NCBI GenBank assembly: GCA_013178005.1
Contig: JABLXL010000030.1
Coordinates: 126-64,125, forward strand
Length of the DNA: 64,000 bases
DNA from: Actinomycetota bacterium
Lineage (GTDB): Bacteria; Actinomycetota; Geothermincolia; Geothermincolales; RBG-13-55-18
Reading direction: 5' to 3'
The notes under the pieces were generated by a model. That model was not told the DNA's origin and ran no database searches. It saw only the letters and a list, made by a program, of their open reading frames with translations. This document shows positions 28,214 through 36,525 of the stretch, piece by piece. Numbering within the stretch: position 1 is the first letter of the stretch; every line of letters starts with the position of its first letter. The translations under genes were made by a program, and so were the position numbers.

Positions 28214-28879
28214 ATGAAGATACTGATAGTAGGCGGGGGAATGGTGGGCGCTTTCCTCGCGAAGGTCCTCTCGGAGAAAAACGAGGTCACCCTGGTGGAG
28301 AGCGATCCCGCCCGCTTCAACCACCTCTCAGATACCTTGAAAGGCGTAAGGCTTGTGAACGAGGACGGTTGCGAACCCTGGGTCCTGGAGTACGCGGGCA
28401 TCCAGGGATCCGACATCGTCCTGGCGGTCACCGGGGACGACGAGGATAACCTGGTGGTCTCCTACTTGTCCAAGTTCGAATACGACATCCCAAGGGTAAT
28501 CGCCCGGGTCGTCAACCCGAAGAACCGCTGGCTGTTCAACAAGGATTTCGGGGTGGACGTGGAGGTATGCACCTCCGATATCATCGCCACCATCGTCGAG
28601 GAGGAGACCACCCTGGGCGAGGTGATCACGGTGATGAAGCTGCAGTCTGGCGACATCGGCCTTGTGGAGATAACCGTGCCCTCGGACAGCAAGGCGGTAA
28701 ACCGCTCGCTTTCCGAGCTGGAGCTGCCCCCCGAGACCCTCATCGTCACCGTGGTTAGGGATGACGCCATGCGCATTCCAACCGCCGACACGGTGCTGCG
28801 GACGGGCGATAAGGTACTTGCCATTACCAGCGTGAAAAACAGGGACGCCCTGGAAAGTCTGCTCGGCCACGGAAGTTGA
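28214..28879 (+). CDS. trkA: TrkA-family K+ transport regulatory protein
   Basis: MKILIVGGGMVGAFLAKVLSEKNEVTLVESD. 221 aa. 17 nt downstream of the preceding trkA. Confidence 0.85.
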   Translation: MKILIVGGGMVGAFLAKVLSEKNEVTLVESDPARFNHLSDTLKGVRLVNEDGCEPWVLEYAGIQGSDIVLAVTGDDEDNLVVSYLSKFEYDIPRVIARVVNPKNRWLFNKDFGVDVEVCTSDIIATIVEEETTLGEVITVMKLQSGDIGLVEITVPSDSKAVNRSLSELELPPETLIVTVVRDDAMRIPTADTVLRTGDKVLAITSVKNRDALESLLGHGS

Positions 28880-29100
28880 CCGGTCGCCCTTGTCCCAAGC
28901 CTCGGTCGCGGCCTCCGTTAACAGCGCAATCCGCTCTAGTTAGGACCCCACGAAGCTCCGCGCGCGCAACGGCGATCGTCGAAGCCGCGTGTCTCGAGGG
29001 CCCATGAACGAAGCGGCTTGGGTTAATGTGAAGTTCGCGGATGGATACATCGACCTTGCATGTCCGAGGCACACCGGACAACGTTCCGTTCAGAGGCGTT

Positions 29101-30213
29101 TCAGAACGCGGGCTGAGGCGCGAGCTCAATTCCGTCCGCCCTCGCGCGGCGGCGGAAACGCGCCAAGTCGGCGAAGGCCTCCAGGCGCGTGGCCACCCCG
29201 GCCATACCGGTGAGCTCGTCGATCACCAGCGAGAGGACGGGAATCCCGAGGTCCTTGGACACCTGGGGCAGGATGCTCTTGGCGATGGTCTCAGGCATGC
29301 AGGTGAAGGGCATGAGCTGCACCACGCCGTCGAAGCCGAGACGCTGGAAGAGGATGGTATCCCCCACGGAGAATATCCCCTCTCCCCCCACCCTGTGGGA
29401 CAGGTAAGGGGCGGCTAAGCGTTCGGACCCGTGCTCGTGGTGTCCCAGCACCGGCCTCTCCCCGGAGGGCCGCAGCCAGTCGGTCAGGTAGATGTTGCGC
29501 TCCACGTACGCGCCCAGGTCCCCCAGCTGCTCCTCCACGTTGAGGTTGAAATAGGGCTCCAGCACGAGGTAGAACTCGCCCACGATGCCTATCTTGATCT
29601 CCTCCCGCTCCACCCGCGGAACGGAGCGGAGAAGCGCGAAGGCCTCCTCCTCCACGCGGGCGAGATCCGCGTACGTCCCCGCCTCCCAGACCATGCGGTA
29701 GCAGCGCTTGAGGGCCCCGGTGGTGGCGCCCTTCTCCCGGTCCTGCCAGCGCTGGTGCAGCGCCTGTTGCTCCAGGCGGTCGATGAGGTGCGCCTTGTGC
29801 AGGGCGAACTTGATGGCGCGGTAAAGCGACGCCCAGCTGCGGCCCTGCTTGAGGCGGTTCAGGCGCTTGACGGTCAGGGGGAGGCGGGAGGGCTCGAACT
29901 CCAGGGGCACCATCTCGAAATCATATCCCGCCTCGGCGAGGATGCGGCGCTGGGTCTCGGCGTAGTAACCGAAGCGGCATGGCCCGCGCCCGGCCACCAT
30001 GATGAGGACGTCGGCCCCCGCCTCCAGGGCTTCGATGAAATTGCCCAGGGTGGTCTTGAGCGGGAAACAGGCGAACTCCGGCCCGTGGCGGGCTCCCAGT
30101 TCCAGGGTGCGCTGTGAATTGGGCGGGGGGAGCACGTAGTCCAGCCCGAGTTCCTCGAAGACGCTTCCCAGCACGAACTCCAGGCTCCCCATGTGAGGCC
30201 AGGTGATCCTCAT
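29101..30213 (-). CDS. DUF2229 / 2-hydroxyacyl-CoA dehydratase D-component (HgdB)-like protein, paralogue B
   Basis: The credible start is MRITWPHMGSLEF at 30213, which gives an ATGA overlap with the upstream paralogue. The N-terminal 295 codons of the ORF-track model are Arg/Gly/Pro-rich, which is typical of a spurious open frame in high-GC DNA. The domain call is by resemblance to activase-associated HgdB-like proteins, at moderate certainty. Confidence 0.5.
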   Translation of the reverse strand: MRITWPHMGSLEFVLGSVFEELGLDYVLPPPNSQRTLELGARHGPEFACFPLKTTLGNFIEALEAGADVLIMVAGRGPCRFGYYAETQRRILAEAGYDFEMVPLEFEPSRLPLTVKRLNRLKQGRSWASLYRAIKFALHKAHLIDRLEQQALHQRWQDREKGATTGALKRCYRMVWEAGTYADLARVEEEAFALLRSVPRVEREEIKIGIVGEFYLVLEPYFNLNVEEQLGDLGAYVERNIYLTDWLRPSGERPVLGHHEHGSERLAAPYLSHRVGGEGIFSVGDTILFQRLGFDGVVQLMPFTCMPETIAKSILPQVSKDLGIPVLSLVIDELTGMAGVATRLEAFADLARFRRRARADGIELAPQPAF

Positions 30214-31199
30214 ACCGCCACCGCCTCCAGCTCCTCCGCTTCCCGCCGCTTGCGCCTCCACAGCATATCCACGAAGGCCTCGATGCGGGTGAGAAACCCT
30301 CCTTCCCCGGTGTGCTCGTCCATCACCAGGGTGAGCATGGGTACCCCTCCCATGAGGCGGTTCTCCTGTTCGCAGAGGACGCGCACGATGGAATCGGGGC
30401 CGCAGGGGAAGGAGATCATGAAGATGATGCCGTCCACCAGGCGGTAGCGGGAACATGCCAGGATGGCCCCCGCCACCTCCTGCTCGTAGCTCCAGTAGAT
30501 GTCCTTGGGCAGGCGCTTGAGCTCCCGTTCCCGCAGCTTTTCCGGCACCATGTCCGCGGTCATCACGTCCACCCCCATGGAGCCCAACCTCTCCAGCAGG
30601 GACATGGTAGTGAAGGTGTCGTAGACGTTGTAATGGTGGCCGATGACCCCGATGCGCAGGTCCCGGCCCTCGCAGAGCAAGCGGTCCGCCTCCCCCCTTA
30701 AGGCGCCCCGGTGGTCGAGTCCCAGGGTCAGGCGCTCCAGGTAGAGGCGGTGCTCCCGCCAGGCGGTGACGCCGGCGGCGATGATGCGCCGGGGATCGGA
30801 AGTGAAGATGCGGCCCAGGCTGTAGACAGCACGGTAATTGTGCCACAACCCTGACTGGAAATCTATGGTAGGAGAGATGACCGGCACCGCGTCTCCCACC
30901 GCTGCCTTCGCCATATCGGGCAGCCCGAGCATCTTGGGGCAGGTATGGGTGCGCCTCTTCACGCTCACCAGGCGGGGCACAAAGAGGGCGTCCACCTTTT
31001 CCTTGAGGGCGAGGACGTGCCCGTAGAAGACCTTCACGGGAAGGCAGCTCTCGTTCTCCGCCTTGCTCACCCCGGAGTTGAGGATAGAGCGCGTGGTCTC
31101 TCCCGACTCCACCACCTCTGCCCCCAGGGCGTGCAGGAACGAATTCCACAACCTGCCGTAGCGGTAATAGAGAAGCCCGCCAGGTATCCCGACCTTCAT
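30210..31199 (-). CDS. DUF2229 / HgdB-like protein, paralogue A
   Basis: 329 aa. Similar architecture and several conserved positions shared with 29101..30213 (e.g. …GxVGxxY… and C-terminal …LTRIEAF/RLEAF…). Confidence 0.5.
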   Translation of the reverse strand: MKVGIPGGLLYYRYGRLWNSFLHALGAEVVESGETTRSILNSGVSKAENESCLPVKVFYGHVLALKEKVDALFVPRLVSVKRRTHTCPKMLGLPDMAKAAVGDAVPVISPTIDFQSGLWHNYRAVYSLGRIFTSDPRRIIAAGVTAWREHRLYLERLTLGLDHRGALRGEADRLLCEGRDLRIGVIGHHYNVYDTFTTMSLLERLGSMGVDVMTADMVPEKLRERELKRLPKDIYWSYEQEVAGAILACSRYRLVDGIIFMISFPCGPDSIVRVLCEQENRLMGGVPMLTLVMDEHTGEGGFLTRIEAFVDMLWRRKRREAEELEAVAV

Positions 31200-31266
31200 G
31201 GTCTCAATCCGCCGTCGTCATGGCCATGCCGCGCCGGCATGCTCCCATTCCCGTTCTCGCCGCTCC

Positions 31267-31512
31267 TCAAGAGGCCGCCTTCGCCAGGATGAGGTCCACC
31301 GCGTCGCCCACGGTGAGGATCTCCGTGGCCTCCTCGTCGCTCACCTTGAAGCCGTACCTCTTCTCCATCTCCAGCAAGAGCTCCACCAGGTCGAGGGAAT
31401 CCGCCTCGAGGTCCTCCTTGAAGCGCGATCCCTCGGAGATATCCTCCTCGCGCAGCTCCAACGCCTCCGCCAGCGCCGCGCGAACCGCCTCGAACACCTC
31501 CGCACGATCCAT
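31267..31512 (-). CDS. acpP: Acyl carrier protein (phosphopantetheine-binding)
   Basis: Canonical 4'-PP attachment motif DLEADSLDLVELLLEME followed by helix III/IV (ILTVGDAVDLI). The start is placed at MDRAEVF. About 81 aa. Confidence 0.8.
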   Translation of the reverse strand: MDRAEVFEAVRAALAEALELREEDISEGSRFKEDLEADSLDLVELLLEMEKRYGFKVSDEEATEILTVGDAVDLILAKAAS

Positions 31513-31757
31513 ATCCGCTCCCGCTTCCTTCTGTAACATCCTATCCCTGCGCAAGACCTAAGCGGGTTATACCCCAAGCGCCGCAGGATCACAAGCGCCC
31601 ACCGCCATCTCCCGGCTGCCGTCGCGGTGTGTGGGGCGCTCTCATCGGCGCTGCCATGTGCTCCTCGGCGCTTCCCGCTCGCCGTCCCCCGCCTCGGCCC
31701 CATCGGGTAACGCCGCTAACGCCATGGAAGGTTCTTCCACCGAAATATTACTCCACG

Positions 31758-31908
31758 CGAGGCCCGCTTCCCTTCCGGCATATCCCAGGCTGGTGGGATC
31801 GCTTCTCCGTTATCGGGGTCCAGGTCCTTTCGCCCACGTCCCTGGCCGCTTGTGCCGCGGAAGCCCCTCCGCTTTAACATTACCCCGCCCGAGGCCCGCT
31901 TCCCTTCC
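31758..31908 (-). promoter_or_regulatory. Two copies (132 bp apart) of a ~35-bp motif (minus strand GGAAGGGAAGCGGGCCTCG-n5-rGTAAT) between the anti-sigma gene and acp. Possible (ECF-type?) promoter or operator duplicates.
   Basis: cgaggcccgcttcccttcc at 31758-31776 and 31890-31908 with conserved flanks (attac.cc.cgc). Confidence 0.3.
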
Positions 31909-31994
31909 ACCTTACACCAGATCGGCGGTATGGTGAAACGGACGGGGACGCCTTCCGCCCGAAAAAGGCGGGGTCGCAGAGCTTATCCCAGCCC

Positions 31995-32312
31995 TCAGGC
32001 CCCGATGGGCACTACGCGGCGGCGCTGCACCAGCTTGCCGATGGCGTAAGCGGCCACGCCGAGGAAGGGAAGCGCGGAGCAGATAGCGCCTCCGATGATC
32101 ACGCCCCTGTGGGAGCCGTGGGCCCGCGCCTCGCCCACGGGGGCGAAGAGCTCCCGCGCGCCCATGCTCTCGCACAGCTCCTCCAGCCTGCGTGCGAACT
32201 CCGGGCCGGGCTCGACCGGGCACATGTACTCTTTTAGCATTCTGACCGTGTCCCGGTAACGGAGCCTGCGACCCCTCCCGCGCCTTCCGTTGTTCTCTAC
32301 CCCGCTCATCAT
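31995..32312 (-). CDS. Putative membrane-anchored anti-sigma factor
   Basis: 105 aa. Its start overlaps the stop of the ECF sigma gene (ATGA). C-terminal TM helix VIIGGAICSALPFLGVAAYAIG. No recognisable ZAS motif, so the call rests mainly on context. Confidence 0.4.
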   Translation of the reverse strand: MMSGVENNGRRGRGRRLRYRDTVRMLKEYMCPVEPGPEFARRLEELCESMGARELFAPVGEARAHGSHRGVIIGGAICSALPFLGVAAYAIGKLVQRRRVVPIGA

Positions 32313-32884
32313 CCGACCTCCTTCCCGGAAAGGCTGCGGTGAAGACTTATCAGGGAGCGGTGGACGAGCACCTTTACCGCGCCCGTGCTCTTTCCCATGA
32401 TCTCCCCGATCTCCTTGTGCTTGAGGCCCTCGGCGTACCGCAGGATGAGCGCCTGCTGCCTCTCCTCCGGCAGATCCCGCAACGCCGCCCTCAGCGCCTC
32501 GATCTCCTCCTCGCGCTCCATTTTCTCGTCGGGAGAGGGAGAGGGGTCATGCAGGGGCTCCGCTCCCTCGAGATCCACCATGCGGCGGCGCTTGCCGTTG
32601 CGGTGCCAGTTGGCGACCAGGTTATGGGCGATGCGCAGCAGCCAGGCCGAGAAGGGTATTCCCCGGTCCTGGTAGCGCTCGAGGTGCACGAGGGCGTGCA
32701 GGAACACGCTCTCGGTGATGTCCTCGGCGTCGTCCACGTTCCCCACGCGGTAATACACGTAGGTGTATACCTTTCTGAGGTACTTGGAGTAAAGGGCCTC
32801 GAAGGCCTCGCGCTCCTCCTTCGCCCTGCGCACCAGCTCCGAATCCTCGTGGCAGAGCCTTCCTTCCGCTTCCCGTCTCGCCAA
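32309..32884 (-). CDS. ECF (sigma-70 family group IV) RNA polymerase sigma factor
   Basis: Region-2 and region-4 signatures (…YVYYRVGNVDDAEDITESVFLHA…, …LRYAEGLKHKEIGEIMGKSTGAVKVLVHRSL…). 191 aa. TTG start with SD GAGGTGAG. Confidence 0.85.
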   Translation of the reverse strand: MARREAEGRLCHEDSELVRRAKEEREAFEALYSKYLRKVYTYVYYRVGNVDDAEDITESVFLHALVHLERYQDRGIPFSAWLLRIAHNLVANWHRNGKRRRMVDLEGAEPLHDPSPSPDEKMEREEEIEALRAALRDLPEERQQALILRYAEGLKHKEIGEIMGKSTGAVKVLVHRSLISLHRSLSGKEVG

Positions 32885-33191
32885 CTCTCACCTCGATTCC
32901 ACGCTTCGCGCTCGTATAATGGAGTCCTTTCCCTTACCGGTTATTATAAACACGAGGCGGACGACATGGTTACCCCGGCGCTTACCCGCCCGGTCTCCAT
33001 GGTATCTTTTATGATCCAGTTCTATCCCTAACGGATATTAAAGATACGATGAGGACGATTTGTGTACCCCATCGCTTACCCGCCCGGTGGCTATGTGGTA
33101 GCATTCAGGATAAAGGCCTTCCCGGGCAAGGGCGGGGGAGCGATCCCGCGGCGCACTTTCCCGGGATGCGGGGAAAACTCAGGAGGTAACG

Positions 33192-33431
33192 ATGGGAAAC
33201 GTCCCCGGCGCGTACTGCCCCTTCCGCGTCTCCTCCATAGCGGGGGCGCTCTCCCCCTGCAACGACGAATGCGCCCTGTACATCCCCACCTCGAAGATGC
33301 CCCCCCAGAAGAGCTGCGCCGTGTCCATACTGGGCGTATACGCCCTGCAGAGGATCATCTTCAAGCAGCAGGACGAGTCGGCGACGGCCACGGAGGCAAG
33401 CGCGCCCGGCCGGGAGCAGTCGGAGCTTTGA
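33192..33431 (+). CDS. Small Cys-containing hypothetical protein (79 aa) with a perfect SD, immediately upstream of uppS
   Basis: AGGAGG lies 7 nt upstream of the ATG. High GC3 codon usage is consistent with coding. Cys at positions 9, 23, 27 and 42 (CPFR…CNDEC…C) may form a metal-binding knuckle. Its stop is 30 nt before the uppS start. Confidence 0.45.
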   Translation: MGNVPGAYCPFRVSSIAGALSPCNDECALYIPTSKMPPQKSCAVSILGVYALQRIIFKQQDESATATEASAPGREQSEL

Positions 33432-33463
33432 CGGTGGCGCGGGAAAGCGGGGAGGCGATCTGA

Positions 33464-34201
33464 ATGGCGGACAGGGTCATCAACAGGCCGGAGGGGGAGC
33501 TCCCCAACCACGTGGCCATCATCATGGACGGCAACGGGCGCTGGGCCGAGCGCCGCAACCTTCCCCGCATCGCCGGGCACAAGGCGGGGGAGGAATCCAT
33601 CACCGACATCGTAAGGGCGGCTTCGGAGTGGGAGCTCGGAGCCCTGACCCTCTTCGCGTTTTCCACCGAGAACTGGAACCGCCCCGCCAACGAGGTCGAG
33701 TTCCTCATGAGTTTCAACCGCAACCTCCTCAACAAGCGCGTGGAGGAGTTCCACGCGCGAAACATCCGCATTCGCCACGCGGGACGGCGCGACCGCATCC
33801 CGGCCTCCACCCTCAAGGCGATCGACAACGCCGTCGAGCTCACCCGCGACAACACCGGCCTGAGCTTAAACATCGCCTTCAACTACGGCGGCAGGGCGGA
33901 GATTGTGGACGCCGTCCGCCGCCTGTGCGAGGACGTGGCCGCCGGCAGCCTGGACCCGGGCGAGGTGGACGAGGATAGGTTCCGCTCCTACCTATACAAC
34001 CCCGAAGTCCCCGACCCCGACCTCCTCATCCGCACCGCCGGGGAGATGCGCATCAGCAATTTCCTGATCTGGGAACTCGCTTACACGGAGATATACGTGA
34101 CCGAGGTGCTGTGGCCGGATTTCCGGCGCGGGAACCTCGCCGAGGCGATCAGGGAATACCAGTCGAGGGAACGCCGCTTCGGCGGCATAAAGGAGGAATA
34201 G
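33464..34201 (+). CDS. uppS: Undecaprenyl-diphosphate synthase
   Basis: HVAIIMDGNGRWA and …ENWNRP… cis-prenyltransferase motifs. Confidence 0.9.
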   Translation: MADRVINRPEGELPNHVAIIMDGNGRWAERRNLPRIAGHKAGEESITDIVRAASEWELGALTLFAFSTENWNRPANEVEFLMSFNRNLLNKRVEEFHARNIRIRHAGRRDRIPASTLKAIDNAVELTRDNTGLSLNIAFNYGGRAEIVDAVRRLCEDVAAGSLDPGEVDEDRFRSYLYNPEVPDPDLLIRTAGEMRISNFLIWELAYTEIYVTEVLWPDFRRGNLAEAIREYQSRERRFGGIKEE

Positions 34202-34208
34202 GGCGCCG

Positions 34209-34979
34209 TTGGCCAACTTCAAGGATGAGGCCATCGTCCTGAGGACCTACGATCTCGGCGAAGCGGACCGCATTCTGTCCCTCATCACCTCCCGCCACGG
34301 CCTGCGCCGCGTCGTGGCCAAGGGCGTCAAGCGCACCGGGAGCAGGTTCGGCGGGCGCCTGGAGCCCTTCACGCAGGTCCGCGCGCTGCTGCACGAGGGC
34401 AGGAACCTGGACACGGTGATACAGGCGGAGACGGCGCGAACCCACGCCGCGCTGCGCGGCGATTACTCCAAGTTCCTCCACGGGCAGGTTATGCTTGAGC
34501 TGGTCGAGAAGTCCCTGCAGGAACGCCAGGAGGTGCCACGCCTCTTCGACATCCTGCGCGTCTCCCTGGACGTGCTCGAGGGAGAGGTCTCCGATCCCTC
34601 CCTGCTCCTGGCCGCTTTCTCGCTGAAAGTCAGCGCCCTCACCGGTTACCGCCCCCACCTGGACTGCTGCCTGCACTGCGGGCGCGAGGTGGCGGGGGGC
34701 AAGGTCTCCCTCGACCTGGGGGAGGGGGGCGTTACATGTCCTCGCTGCCGCTCCCATTCCGGGGAGCGGGTTTACCTCGACCCGGAATGCCTGGCCTTGA
34801 TGCGCCGGCTGTTGCGAGAGGAGATGTCGGCGGTGGCGCGCATGGAATGCGGGCAGCGCGAGGCCATGGAGGTCCTGTCCGCCTCTCTCCGCCTCGCCGA
34901 GGCCTTCATGGAGAGGCCGCTCAAGTCCCGCCACGTGATCATGCGCTACCTGGAGGGAAACGCGAGGCGCCCGCGATGA
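34209..34979 (+). CDS. recO: DNA repair protein RecO
   Basis: N-terminal OB fold (EAIVLRTYDLGEADRILSLIT) and C4 zinc finger (CLHCGRE…CPRC). Confidence 0.85.
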   Translation: MANFKDEAIVLRTYDLGEADRILSLITSRHGLRRVVAKGVKRTGSRFGGRLEPFTQVRALLHEGRNLDTVIQAETARTHAALRGDYSKFLHGQVMLELVEKSLQERQEVPRLFDILRVSLDVLEGEVSDPSLLLAAFSLKVSALTGYRPHLDCCLHCGREVAGGKVSLDLGEGGVTCPRCRSHSGERVYLDPECLALMRRLLREEMSAVARMECGQREAMEVLSASLRLAEAFMERPLKSRHVIMRYLEGNARRPR

Positions 34980-35280
34980 GCAAAGGGCGGGAAAGATGGG
35001 TAGCCATGCCGCCACTGTCTCTCGGCATTTTTCCACTGGATGGAACGATAATGGGCATATCTCTCGAGCGGCCATACCATTTCGGCCGCCCTGAATCCCT
35101 CGACGGCTGGATGTAACGGTCAGCACCATATCCTTCAGATGCTTAAATCGCCTCTAACGCACGAAATCCGGCTACGGGGCATCGAAGATGAACAGCCCGC
35201 GGGGAAGATGAGCTTCGCGCCTCTCCCGCAAAGACGTACTCCCTTCAGGAAAAAAACGCGAAATCCCATTTCAACTACTA

Positions 35281-35309
35281 TTGACGTATTAATACCCCAG
35301 TGGTATTAT
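35281..35309 (+). promoter_or_regulatory. Near-consensus sigma70 promoter TTGACG-17-TATTAT inside a 780-bp non-coding gap
   Basis: ttgacgtattaataccccagtggtattataat. A lower-GC island. No credible ORF follows on either strand. Confidence 0.45.
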
Positions 35310-35763
35310 AATAACTGACCCCAAGGAGCTGGAGGTGAGGCCAGCGGGGGCGACCGGAGAGAGGAACTGGAAGGCGCGAGCCGGAAGGGGAGGCTCAAGG
35401 GGAGTTCTCGAGGAAGCGCCAAAGGTTACTTGGGGTCACTCCTTTGTTTCGGATTCACCTCGATAGCCCTACACAAACATCCCGCGGGTCTCCTCCATGG
35501 CGACTTTGTGCAGGGGATGGCATGCCCCAAGTCGTCATCCCAGAAACCCAATCCCACAATCCCTGCTCATGCTCCTGAACCAGGACGCACCTTCGCTACC
35601 CTGCAGCGGGCGCCCCTCCTTGACCCTGAGGCATGGCAAGCGGCCTGTGAGCTGCGCCATTCCTGCATGCCACCGTTGGTTAGGGGCTGCTCTCGGCATC
35701 CCTCGCCCAGGGCTGGCACAATGCCAATTACCCTGCCGCCCTACGCGGTACCCTCGACGGATA

Positions 35764-36525
35764 TCAACCCCTGTTCCAGCGCAGGATCCCCAGGTATTCC
35801 CCCAGGATCTCGGAGGCGGAGCTGGTCCCGATGCGGTTGGCGCCTGCCTCCACCATCTCCAGGACCTGGGCCAGCCGGCGTATGCCCCCGCTCGCCTTCA
35901 CGCCGAAGCCCGGCCCCACCGTCTCGCGCAGGAAGGCCACGTCCTCCGCCCTGGCGCCCGCGGGGCCGAACCCCGTGGAGGTCTTGACGAAATCGGCCCC
36001 CGCCTCCATGGCGATTAGCGCCCCCCTGCGCATATCCTCGCGGCTCAGGTAGCAGGTTTCCAGGATCACCTTGACCACGATGTGCCCCTCGCCCTTGGCG
36101 GCATCGTAGCGGCGCGCCAGGCGCACCACCTCGGAGATGTCCTCCTCGACGCGCCGGTATCGGCGCGAGCGCAGCGCGGACACGTTTATCACCATGTCGA
36201 GCTCCTTGGCGCCGTGCTGCAGCGCGAAGACCGCCTCCGCCTTCTTGGCGTCGGTGGACGCGTACCCAAAGGGAAACCCGATGGGGGCTCCCGGGCTCAC
36301 CACGCTCCCCTCCAGCTCCGCCCTGGCCATGGGCAGGTAATAGAGGGGCACGAAGGCGCACCTGAACCCGGCGTCCGCCGCCTCGCGCAGAAACTCCAGG
36401 TAGTCGCGCTCCTCGGCTTCCGGCCTCAGCATGGTGGCGTCGATGAAGTAGGTCAGGCTTCCCAGGTCGGGGAAAACCCGCAGGACTTCTTCCGGGGTCG
36501 GGCTCAACCCGCCTAAATCAGCCAT
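35764..36525 (-). CDS. deoC: Deoxyribose-phosphate aldolase
   Basis: FVKTSTGF active-site lysine motif and DMVINV…; about 250 aa. Confidence 0.85.
   Translation of the reverse strand: MADLGGLSPTPEEVLRVFPDLGSLTYFIDATMLRPEAEERDYLEFLREAADAGFRCAFVPLYYLPMARAELEGSVVSPGAPIGFPFGYASTDAKKAEAVFALQHGAKELDMVINVSALRSRRYRRVEEDISEVVRLARRYDAAKGEGHIVVKVILETCYLSREDMRRGALIAMEAGADFVKTSTGFGPAGARAEDVAFLRETVGPGFGVKASGGIRRLAQVLEMVEAGANRIGTSSASEILGEYLGILRWNRG

Noticed and set aside
29101-31149. 682-aa model for the distal HgdB-like gene
   Set aside because: The first ~295 codons are Gly/Arg/Pro-rich with no similarity to the paralogue. A start at MRITWPHMGSLEF gives an ATGA overlap with the upstream gene and a paralogue-sized protein. 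I therefore treat the extension as a read-through artefact of the ORF caller.
35250-35760. RNase P RNA, tmRNA, SRP RNA or tRNA in the recO-deoC gap
   Set aside because: I looked on both strands for the P4 GGAAAGUCCGG and GGGUGAAA…GGUAAGAGCGCACC motifs, the tmRNA tRNA-like 3' end (GGUUCGA…CCA), and SRP domain IV. None was present. I kept it only as an unclassified candidate ncRNA.
35430-36018. Plus-strand ORFs 35430..35987 and 35497..36018
   Set aside because: They overlap deoC on the opposite strand, which has the FVKTSTGF motif. They are Pro/Arg/Ser-rich with no motifs.
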